A DNA stretch of 64,000 nt from NCBI GenBank assembly GCA_965261005.1, contig OZ253375.1, positions 2,240,001-2,304,000 on the forward strand, in the 5' to 3' direction. The notes beneath the pieces are model-generated. The model made no database searches. It saw only the letters and a list, made by a program, of their open reading frames with translations, and had not been told where the DNA came from. The translations under genes and the position numbers were made by a program. The DNA is from Deinococcus sp. (GTDB taxonomy: Bacteria > Deinococcota > Deinococci > Deinococcales > Deinococcaceae). Within the stretch, counting starts at the first letter, position 1. Each line of letters opens with the position of its first letter. This document shows positions 56,246 through 64,000 of the stretch, in pieces.

Positions 56246-57529
56246 GTGGACTTAGAATCAAAGTCGCCTTTGGCTATACCAAGCATTCGGAAAAATGTTT
56301 CCGCGCTGTACGCTGTACAGATCGTCCGTTATATTTTTCCTTTGTTGTCCGTGCCATTTCTGGCACGGGTATTAGGACCCCAGGCTTGGGGAACCGTTCT
56401 TGTTGCTCAGGCGGTCTATTTATGGGGAGCTTTGGTCGTTGAATATGGATTTAATTTGTCGGCAACCCGTGAAATTGCCAAACTTAGGGCTACGCCACAC
56501 TTGCTGCCTGAATTTATAGCGAATGTACAGGGTGCAAAGCTGCTCCTCTCTCTTTTTTCGATGACTTTCGTTCTGATGCCTTTTTATATGTCTCCAGCCT
56601 TGCGTGATGTTCCAGCCACTATTTTATTCTCTTGGTTAGCGGCCGTATCTCTTGGCCTGCAACCAATTTGGTATTTTCAAGGCTTGGAGCGCATGGTACA
56701 CTCTTCTCTTACGGACGTTTTTGGACAAGTGCTGTATATTCTGGGAGTATTTGCTTTCGTCAAGGATGCACACGATGGTTGGAAAGTTCTACTAATGCTG
56801 TTTCTGGCAAATTTATTTACAGCTGTTTATCTTAATATGAGTATGTATAAAGATGTTTCGCTGGTGCTTCCAAGCTTTACGGGTGTCCGACATGTTTTAC
56901 GTGAAGGGGCTTCACTTTTCATATTTAGGAGCGCGGCTAGTTTTTACAGTAGTGCAAATATTTTTGTGTTAAGCTTACTTTCTGCTCCCTCTGTTGTATC
57001 TTCATTTGGTGGAGCAGAGCGAATCAACAGAAGTCTATTGGGTTTGTTTAGTCCAGTTTCACAAGCTCTTTTTCCGCGACTTAGCAACTTAATGTTTACC
57101 GATATGAACAAAGCAGCTTCTCTGGTTCGTCGCAGCTTATACGTTATCGTTTCAATAGGAATCGCATCTACGATATTTGTTTATTTTTTCTCTCGTTGGA
57201 TTGTAACATTCTTGCTTGGAGGGGCTTATATGTCTGCTGTGCCTATTTTAAAAGTTCTATCTTTACTAGTGCCTATTATAGCACTCAGTAATGCTCTCGG
57301 TGTTCAGTGGATGCTACCTATGAAATTAGACAGACAATTTAATGTTATAATTATTTCTGCCGGTATTTTAAATTTGATCTTGGCATTCTTTCTAGGGAAA
57401 CGATTCGGCGCTTTGGGTATGGCTTGGGCGGTGGTTACCTCTGAAGCTCTAGTATCTATTTCCATGTTTTCATACCTGAGTAAGAACAAGATAAGCCCTT
57501 TTGTAAAGTACCAATCTGAAACGAAATAG
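56246..57529 (+). CDS. wzx: Wzx oligosaccharide flippase 2 (AT-rich)
   Basis: PFLARVLG, EYGFNLSATREIA, WYFQGLE and QALFPRLS. Confidence 0.87.
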   Translation: MDLESKSPLAIPSIRKNVSALYAVQIVRYIFPLLSVPFLARVLGPQAWGTVLVAQAVYLWGALVVEYGFNLSATREIAKLRATPHLLPEFIANVQGAKLLLSLFSMTFVLMPFYMSPALRDVPATILFSWLAAVSLGLQPIWYFQGLERMVHSSLTDVFGQVLYILGVFAFVKDAHDGWKVLLMLFLANLFTAVYLNMSMYKDVSLVLPSFTGVRHVLREGASLFIFRSAASFYSSANIFVLSLLSAPSVVSSFGGAERINRSLLGLFSPVSQALFPRLSNLMFTDMNKAASLVRRSLYVIVSIGIASTIFVYFFSRWIVTFLLGGAYMSAVPILKVLSLLVPIIALSNALGVQWMLPMKLDRQFNVIIISAGILNLILAFFLGKRFGALGMAWAVVTSEALVSISMFSYLSKNKISPFVKYQSETK

Positions 57530-58726
57530 TTGGGAGGAAACGTGGCCTCTATACGCTTTGTTGTTCCAGGAGTCGCTGCAAAAAAATTCAGTGGCGGGCT
57601 GTTATGTGTTTTCGAGTACGCGAATGGCTTACAGGACATGGGTCATAATGTTGTCATCACTCCTCTTGTGGAGAGCGAAACTCCTTTATGGTTCAGCCCG
57701 CGATTCAACTTAGATAAGCGTGAACCCAAAGTATTTGGACGTCCGTTAGAGATTTTTCGGAATGTCGCCAAATACCTAAGATATAGAGATCAAGAAAGCA
57801 AGGCTGTTTTAAGGCAAAGTGTTGTCGCCGTCAATCATCTGACGGCCAAGTATGGGGGATACAATTATGCCCGAGCAAGGGCGATGGAGCGCTTCAGACT
57901 TCTTCCAATGGAGTCGGATATAACCATAGCGACTTCGTTCGAAACGGCGCTCCCTGTGGCTGTATATGGAGCTGGCAAAAAGTTTTATTTTATGCAGCAT
58001 TATGAGCCTCTTTGCGTATTAGATTACGATCGTGCTGAGGAAGCAAGATTAGACGCTGAACTTACTTATCACCTTCCTCTTCGACCGATTGCGAACTCCT
58101 CTTGGCTCAGAAATCAACTTCAAGAGAAACATAACAGGAATGATACGAAACTAAACTGCAACGCAATAGATCATAATATCTTTTTTCCAGATGGTCACCC
58201 GCCTGAGAGCAACATAGCCTTTGTAGTTATTAGTTACGGTGGACGTAATGTAACCTGGAAAGGATTTCGGGAGGCGGCGGAGGCGATACGTGAAGCCAAG
58301 CAGTACTTACCAAATCTGGAGTGGAGAGTTTACGGTGATGCGCTGCTCCCGCCGGACAATAGTATTGCTCCTTATACTCACCTAGGTTTTATCACCGGAG
58401 AAGCCTTGCGCCGGGCTTATTCTCAGTCTCATGTCACGCTCTGCCCATCCTGGTACGAAAGCTTTCCTCTCTTTCCACTTGAGGCCATGGCTTGTGGCTC
58501 TGTCGTGGTGACAACGCCGTTCGGTGTCGAGGACTATGTGACGGACGGACAGAATGCTCTCGTCGTTCCTCCGCGCGATCCACGGGCAATGGCCGAGGCG
58601 CTGCTGCGCCTCGCAAATGACCAGCAGCTCAGAGAACGTTTGCGGCAAGCTGCGCTCATAGAGGCAAGTAAATTTACTTGGGGCCGCGCCATCAAAAATT
58701 TTAGCGGCAACATATTCTATGATTAA
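57530..58726 (+). CDS. GT4 glycosyltransferase
   Basis: SGG...VFEYAN, IATSFETA, YFMQHYE and ESFPLFPLEAMACG; start may be GTG 57542. Confidence 0.85.
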   Translation: MGGNVASIRFVVPGVAAKKFSGGLLCVFEYANGLQDMGHNVVITPLVESETPLWFSPRFNLDKREPKVFGRPLEIFRNVAKYLRYRDQESKAVLRQSVVAVNHLTAKYGGYNYARARAMERFRLLPMESDITIATSFETALPVAVYGAGKKFYFMQHYEPLCVLDYDRAEEARLDAELTYHLPLRPIANSSWLRNQLQEKHNRNDTKLNCNAIDHNIFFPDGHPPESNIAFVVISYGGRNVTWKGFREAAEAIREAKQYLPNLEWRVYGDALLPPDNSIAPYTHLGFITGEALRRAYSQSHVTLCPSWYESFPLFPLEAMACGSVVVTTPFGVEDYVTDGQNALVVPPRDPRAMAEALLRLANDQQLRERLRQAALIEASKFTWGRAIKNFSGNIFYD

Positions 58727-59987
58727 AGTAGATGGGCTTGGTAGTTTTAAGCAATTCAGTTTTAATTTATATTACGTGCCATATCAAATTTTACTAATTG
58801 GGTTTATGATTTTACCCTTCTCTACTGGAATAGAAAGCGGATTAGTAATATCGCCGGGCCTACCATTAATAATCTTAGCAGTGTTGGTTATTATGATTAC
58901 AAGACATAAAATGCATTTTGCTGGGAAATTTTATTTGATAACCATACTTATTTTAGTGATATTTGCTTTTACAAACCTTTTTACCTCTTTTGTTTCTATA
59001 GATGCCCCATCTTCTTTGTGGAGATCTAGCCTAAACGTATTAGGCTTGCTTATATTTATAATCTTTATTCATTATGATAAGTTTAAACTTGACAAAAGGA
59101 AGTTTTTAGCAAGAATTATAGTAAGCTACGGTACAATGATAAGCTCATATTACATTATAAACTTCATTTTTCAGGCTATTAAATATGGTCTTGGCAGGGT
59201 TTTGTTGGAGCGATTTGTCGGTGGTCTTGCATCACTTCCTTGGGGAGCTTCGAACGTCATCGCGGCCTGTTTACTCATGGCGACAATTGTGGCTTGTGTA
59301 GAGTATTTAAAAACCCAACGAAATAGCCTTGCTGTAAGTATAATCATTATGAGTCTGGCGATACTCTTGACCTTTTCTAGAACAGTCGGTATAGTTTTCA
59401 TGCTGTTTTTATTCGGATTCGTTATAATAAGTCGTAAAATCAAATTAGTTTTGACCTTAATATTGTTGGTAGGTATAACTATTTATGTGACTATCTCAGA
59501 TTTAACTCGTGGCAGTAGCAGTGACTTGTCTAACTTCTTGAGCGAGCGCCTGGGAAATACTGATTTGAATAATGCCAATGGTAGATACGACATTTGGTCA
59601 TCATTTATGTCATATTATATTGATCATCCGCTCAGCATAAATGGCTATTACAGTTCTCTTGAAAAATTTGGCTACAGTGGACATAATATTATTCTTACAA
59701 CCCTGGTTGAGCAAGGGATGTTTGGAGTAATAGCACTACTCCTGTTAACAAATTTACTCCTTTATTCTATATGGCAAATGCTCAAACGAATTAAAACACG
59801 GCGTGAGGGCATCTTACTTTTACTCGGTTTTATATGCATTGTGATAGGGTTACAATTTGAAGATCCTAATTTTACTCAACAATACATTCTTATGTTCTGG
59901 CTATTTATTACGTATATACTCATCGTGAAAGGGGATGGCCGAAATGCAGGGAATGTCCATAGTTATAGTGAACTGGAATGGCGCTAG
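58719..59987 (+). CDS. Wzy polymerase/O-antigen ligase-family protein (very AT-rich)
   Basis: Multi-TM; LTFSRT, NGRYDIW and HN...TLVEQG..G. Confidence 0.78.
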   Translation: MIKVDGLGSFKQFSFNLYYVPYQILLIGFMILPFSTGIESGLVISPGLPLIILAVLVIMITRHKMHFAGKFYLITILILVIFAFTNLFTSFVSIDAPSSLWRSSLNVLGLLIFIIFIHYDKFKLDKRKFLARIIVSYGTMISSYYIINFIFQAIKYGLGRVLLERFVGGLASLPWGASNVIAACLLMATIVACVEYLKTQRNSLAVSIIIMSLAILLTFSRTVGIVFMLFLFGFVIISRKIKLVLTLILLVGITIYVTISDLTRGSSSDLSNFLSERLGNTDLNNANGRYDIWSSFMSYYIDHPLSINGYYSSLEKFGYSGHNIILTTLVEQGMFGVIALLLLTNLLLYSIWQMLKRIKTRREGILLLLGFICIVIGLQFEDPNFTQQYILMFWLFITYILIVKGDGRNAGNVHSYSELEWR

Positions 59988-60885
59988 TTTGCTCTCCGAA
60001 TGTATTGGGCGGCTAATTACCAGTAAATCAATTCTAGAAATCATTATAGTAGATAATAACTCAACTGATGGCTCTAAAAATTTAATAGAAATCCTAAGAT
60101 GCGAATCTGAAAAAATTGTTCCCGTTTATAGCAGCGTAAACTTAGGATTTGCACGTGGATGTAACCTTGGCACCTTGCTTTCTAAAGGGGAATATGTCCT
60201 TTTTCTAAACGCAGATGTTATTGTTTCTAGCAAAACCTTAGAGAACGCTCTAGGAATTATAGAAAGAAATCATTATGGTGCTCTTGGCATTAGGCTTACC
60301 AAGAATGATGGTGAAATTCATCGTTCTTGCTCTCGTTTTCCCACTTTATTATCTATGATAGCCCAGAGCGTTGGGCTGAACAAATTATCTATTTTTAGAA
60401 AAACTGGTTATGTTATGGATGAATGGGGTCATGACTCAAGTTCTTATGTTGATCATGTTATCGGAGCTTTCTATTTGGTGAGTAGAAACACCCTCTTTGA
60501 AATCGGTGGAATGGACGAAAGCTATTTTGTATATTTTGAAGATTTGGATCTATCACTAAGGATAGCCAATTCTGGTAGAAAAGTATATTATGATGCTAAT
60601 TTATCTGCATATCATGAAGGTGGTGGGAGTTCAAAGAGCGTCAAAGCAGTTCGTCTAAGCTATGCGCTTTTGAGCAGAATCATTTATGTTTTCAAAAATA
60701 TGGGAAATACAAAAGGGTATCTCCATATAATATTTGTTTTCACTATAGAATACATGCTGCGTATACTTCAAAACTTAGCAGCATTTGATCCTGCTGGTTT
60801 AGAAAGTACACTACAAGCTTATAAAATCGTGATTCAACGTTTCCCAGAAACTATTCGAAAGGCGACGGCGTCGGGTATGGGATGA
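59935..60885 (+). CDS. GT2 glycosyltransferase (AT-rich)
   Basis: IVIVNWN, VDNNSTDG, NLGFARGCN, FLNAD and YFEDLD; start may be 59944 or 59953. Confidence 0.88.
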   Translation: MAEMQGMSIVIVNWNGASLLSECIGRLITSKSILEIIIVDNNSTDGSKNLIEILRCESEKIVPVYSSVNLGFARGCNLGTLLSKGEYVLFLNADVIVSSKTLENALGIIERNHYGALGIRLTKNDGEIHRSCSRFPTLLSMIAQSVGLNKLSIFRKTGYVMDEWGHDSSSYVDHVIGAFYLVSRNTLFEIGGMDESYFVYFEDLDLSLRIANSGRKVYYDANLSAYHEGGGSSKSVKAVRLSYALLSRIIYVFKNMGNTKGYLHIIFVFTIEYMLRILQNLAAFDPAGLESTLQAYKIVIQRFPETIRKATASGMG

Positions 60886-61934
60886 TTCGTATTCTCACCC
60901 TCATCCCTTACCCAATCGAGGGCGCTAGCCCCAGGTTTCGGGCTTATGCGTATAAGGAACCGCTGAGGGAGCACGGTATAGATCTCGATATTCACCCCTT
61001 CATGACCCGGTCGGTATTCCATGCCTGGATGTCAAGCCGTCGGCTCACCCCACCAACGCTGGTGGGATTAGGGCGCGCCGCTTGTGCCCGGGTCGTCACC
61101 GCCTTGAAAGCGCGACGCTACGACGTGATCTGGATTCAGCGGCAAACCGCCCCCGCGCTTCGCAGCGTTTTCGATGAACTCTTCATCCGCAGCGGTGTTC
61201 CCATCGTTTTTGATATGGACGACGCCGTTTTTCTGGAATATCCGATCGAGCATCTCTTACGCGCCAGCCATGCGACAACGGTTGGCAACAGGCACTTGGC
61301 CCGCTACGCCGAGACAGTGGCTCCGAGAACGAGAACCGTGGTGGTGCCAACCGTCCTCGACATGCGGGTGTACCAACCCACGGCCCACCGAACGGATGAT
61401 CCACCCGTGGTGGGCTGGATCGGGACCAAGTCGTCTTTTGAACGCTATCTTGAGCCGATGCTCGCTCCCATCGCTCAAACTTGCCGTGAACACGGAGCCG
61501 TTTTGGAGGTCGTGGCTTCCGACGGTGAACGGGCCGCAACAGAGGCAGTCGGAGGCCGGTTCGTTCCGTGGTCACTCGAAGGCGAACGTTCTGCACTGCG
61601 ACACTTCGACATCGGGATCATGCCGCTCTTTGACGATGCTTACGCCCGCGGCAAGTGCGCGTTCAAGCTCATCGAGTATGGCGCCGTCGGGATTGCCAGC
61701 GTTGGCTCGCGGGTTGGCGCCAACAGCGAGGTGATCGAGCACGGCGTGACAGGATTGCTCGCGAATGGCACCGAGGAGTTTCAGCGCCAGCTGGCCCAGC
61801 TCATTCATCATCCAGAACTCAGGGACAATATGGGAAGCGCGGCGCGCAAACGCGTGGCGAGCAGGTACAGCGTGCAATCGCAAACTCCTGTTCTGGCCGA
61901 CTTGTTCCGGCAGCTCGCCGGCACGAGCGTTTAG
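60882..61934 (+). CDS. GT4 glycosyltransferase
   Basis: ASPRFR, VFDMDDA, VGWIGT, DIGIMPL and GKCAFKLIEY. Confidence 0.87.
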   Translation: MIRILTLIPYPIEGASPRFRAYAYKEPLREHGIDLDIHPFMTRSVFHAWMSSRRLTPPTLVGLGRAACARVVTALKARRYDVIWIQRQTAPALRSVFDELFIRSGVPIVFDMDDAVFLEYPIEHLLRASHATTVGNRHLARYAETVAPRTRTVVVPTVLDMRVYQPTAHRTDDPPVVGWIGTKSSFERYLEPMLAPIAQTCREHGAVLEVVASDGERAATEAVGGRFVPWSLEGERSALRHFDIGIMPLFDDAYARGKCAFKLIEYGAVGIASVGSRVGANSEVIEHGVTGLLANGTEEFQRQLAQLIHHPELRDNMGSAARKRVASRYSVQSQTPVLADLFRQLAGTSV

Positions 61935-61936
61935 GC

Positions 61937-63079
61937 ATGGGTTTGAGTCTCGAAACAAATGCCAACAAACAAGACGGCACGAAGCCAAGGATCGCCATCG
62001 TCGTGACGTTGCCCATTATCGGCGGGGCACAGACGCACATTCTGGACCTGGTCAAAGAACTTGCCGAAGAGTATGAGTTCCACGTTATTTCGGGGTTCTC
62101 AGGCCCTTTGTTAGACCGCCTGAAGTCAATGGAGGTAAAGACGTATATAGCGCCGAATTTGATTCGTTCTATTCATCCACTCAAAGACTACAAAGCCATG
62201 TCCGAAATCGCCGGTTTGCTGAGAAGGATTCGGCCGGATATTGTTCACCTCCATTCGTCCAAGGCGGGCATTGTCGGCCGGGCGGTCGCGGCTGCTCTGG
62301 GCATTCCCGTCGTGTTTACGGTCCATGGCTGGGCCTTTACCGAGGGCGCCCCGCCGCTCAACCGGCTCATTGGCTGGGTTTTGGAGTTTTGCCTCGCGCC
62401 CCTTGCGAGCGAAATGATCGCGGTATCACGTTATGACGCACAGTTGGCAAAGCGTCTCCATGTGGCGGTCGGTCTGCGCTTGACCGTCGTTCACAGCGGC
62501 ATTCCTGACATTGTTTCGCCGAAGAAACCGCAGCATACTCCCATGGTTCTGGGCGTCATGGTGGCGCGCTTTTCGCCTCCGAAGGATCAGCAACTTGTGC
62601 TTCGGGCGCTTGCTCAAGTGCCGGACTTGCAGCTGATGTTCGTGGGAGGGGGCGAGTTGTTGGAGGAAAGCAAGGTGCTTGCCCTGGAACTTGGCGTGTG
62701 GGACCGGGTCACCTTTGTCGGCGAGGCGTCTGACGTCACGCCCTATCTCTGGGCGGCCGACTTCTTCGCGCTGGCCTCGCGTTATGAGGGCTTTCCCATC
62801 GTCATTCTGGAGGCGATGCGGGCGGGATTGCCCGTGCTGGCCAGCGACGTTGGGGGTGTATCCGAGGCGGTGGATCGCTGGGAGACCGGTCTGTTGATCG
62901 GTAAGGACTCGCTCGAACAATGGATTGACGCGTTGCGGCGGATAAAAGACAACCGGGAGCTGCGTCAGCGCATGGGTCTGGCTGGCCGCCGCCGGTACGA
63001 AAAAGCGTTTTTGGTGAGCGAAATGGCTGACCAGGTGCGCGCCGTGTATGAGCGCAACAGGCTTGGAAGAAATCCATGA
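61937..63079 (+). CDS. GT4 glycosyltransferase
   Basis: GGAQTH, VHLHSSKAG, FTVHGW and EGFPIVILEAM..G.PV.ASDVGG; ATG 2 nt after the previous stop. Confidence 0.9.
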   Translation: MGLSLETNANKQDGTKPRIAIVVTLPIIGGAQTHILDLVKELAEEYEFHVISGFSGPLLDRLKSMEVKTYIAPNLIRSIHPLKDYKAMSEIAGLLRRIRPDIVHLHSSKAGIVGRAVAAALGIPVVFTVHGWAFTEGAPPLNRLIGWVLEFCLAPLASEMIAVSRYDAQLAKRLHVAVGLRLTVVHSGIPDIVSPKKPQHTPMVLGVMVARFSPPKDQQLVLRALAQVPDLQLMFVGGGELLEESKVLALELGVWDRVTFVGEASDVTPYLWAADFFALASRYEGFPIVILEAMRAGLPVLASDVGGVSEAVDRWETGLLIGKDSLEQWIDALRRIKDNRELRQRMGLAGRRRYEKAFLVSEMADQVRAVYERNRLGRNP

Positions 63080-63942
63080 CCCGCTATATCGTCACGGGGG
63101 CGGGCGGCAACACGGGGAGCCAAGTTTTTCGCTCACTCGCGAAAGACGCGGCGCGATCGGTGATCGGCTTGGTTCACTCTGAGCATGATGTTGTCCGGCT
63201 GCGCGCCGAAGGTTATGAGGCCCTACGCGTGGACTTGCTTCAACCTGAGAGCGTCGCCCGGTTGTTTTCGCCGGCAGATGTGTTGGTGGAAACGGCGAAC
63301 GTGCGCTTCGCGCGGCGGCTGTTGCCGGAGTTGGAAAGAGTAGGTGTAAGACGTGCGTTCTGCGTCACGACCACGGGAATCTTTTCAAAGTATAATCAGT
63401 ACTCCGAAATTTATGTCAGGTCCGAGCAGGAGATGCGCGAAAGCAACGTCGACGTGACCATTCTGCGTCCGAGCATGATTTACGGCAACGAGCGCGATAA
63501 GAATATGCACCGACTCTTAAGGTTTTTGAAACACTCTCCTGTCTATCCTCTCTTCGGCGAGGGAAATGCCCTGATGCAGCCAGTACACGTTGAGGATTTG
63601 TCAGATGGCATTGCGCGGGCTGTACGCGAAGATGTGTCTGGGGAATTCAACTTGGCTGGCCCCACTCCCCAGACGTACCGCCAAATTCTCGACCTCGCTT
63701 GTCGCGCCCTCGGCAAGTCCGTCCACTTTTTGCCGGTTTCGCACGACTTTACGGTTCGGCTGATGACGCTGTTCGAACGCGTCCCGGCGTTTCCCATCAC
63801 GCGAGAGCAGGTGCTACGGTTGCAGGAGGACAAAGCTTTTGACATTTCGTCCTCGCGTGCGGCCTTGAACTTTGCGCCTCGGCCTTTCGAACAGGGCGTT
63901 CGGGAAGAGGTGGAACGCTTGCAGTCGCTGGGTATGCTTTGA
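63076..63942 (+). CDS. NAD-dependent epimerase/dehydratase (atypical SDR)
   Basis: VTGAGGNTG, ILRPSMIYG and QPVHVEDL. Confidence 0.82.
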   Translation: MTRYIVTGAGGNTGSQVFRSLAKDAARSVIGLVHSEHDVVRLRAEGYEALRVDLLQPESVARLFSPADVLVETANVRFARRLLPELERVGVRRAFCVTTTGIFSKYNQYSEIYVRSEQEMRESNVDVTILRPSMIYGNERDKNMHRLLRFLKHSPVYPLFGEGNALMQPVHVEDLSDGIARAVREDVSGEFNLAGPTPQTYRQILDLACRALGKSVHFLPVSHDFTVRLMTLFERVPAFPITREQVLRLQEDKAFDISSSRAALNFAPRPFEQGVREEVERLQSLGML

Positions 63943-63943
63943 C

Positions 63944-64000
63944 ATGAACGCGCGTCAGCAGCGGTACGTCATCTATGAAAAGCGCTGCCTCGACGTGCTG
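63944..64000 (+). CDS. 5' fragment of a probable bacterial sugar transferase (runs off the window)
   Basis: ATG 1 nt after the previous stop; MNARQQRYVIYEKRCLDVL contains the KR..D start typical of priming transferases. Only 19 codons are visible. Confidence 0.55.
   Translation, partial: MNARQQRYVIYEKRCLDVL

Overview
High-GC chromosomal segment from a Deinococcus-like bacterium (Deinococcus-type RecA, cinA-ligT-recA operon with an RDRM/DdrO box, futalosine hydrolase, many apparently leaderless genes). In order: upp-wecA-wecB; a five-gene carotenoid end-group operon (crtO, fused crtYcd-cruF, acyltransferase, glycosyltransferase, crtD-like); metK; ppk1-Uma2-kptA; gabT; PDZ/DUF512 radical SAM; mscL; three secreted beta-propeller proteins including a SodC fusion; azlCD; two Xre/MbcA-RES toxin-antitoxin pairs; decayed amino-acid ABC genes around a TetA(P)-like MFS pump; two diguanylate cyclases; two more MFS genes; galE; rny; recA operon; ribokinase, nitroreductase, pyrE, mqnB; and from 41.9 kb to the end a mosaic surface-polysaccharide locus with an AT-rich cassette. 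No rRNA, tRNA, CRISPR array, transposase or integrase was seen. The strongest unannotated signals are: a 5-codon leader peptide (MSTAL) with an 11-bp helix that sequesters both ribosome-binding sites upstream of the MFS pump (candidate antibiotic-inducible translational attenuator); the lycopene cyclase-hydratase fusion; a ~100-nt structured RNA upstream of rny; two probable CTG start codons; and a palindromic bidirectional leaderless promoter. All protein calls come from motif recognition by eye, not from database searches.
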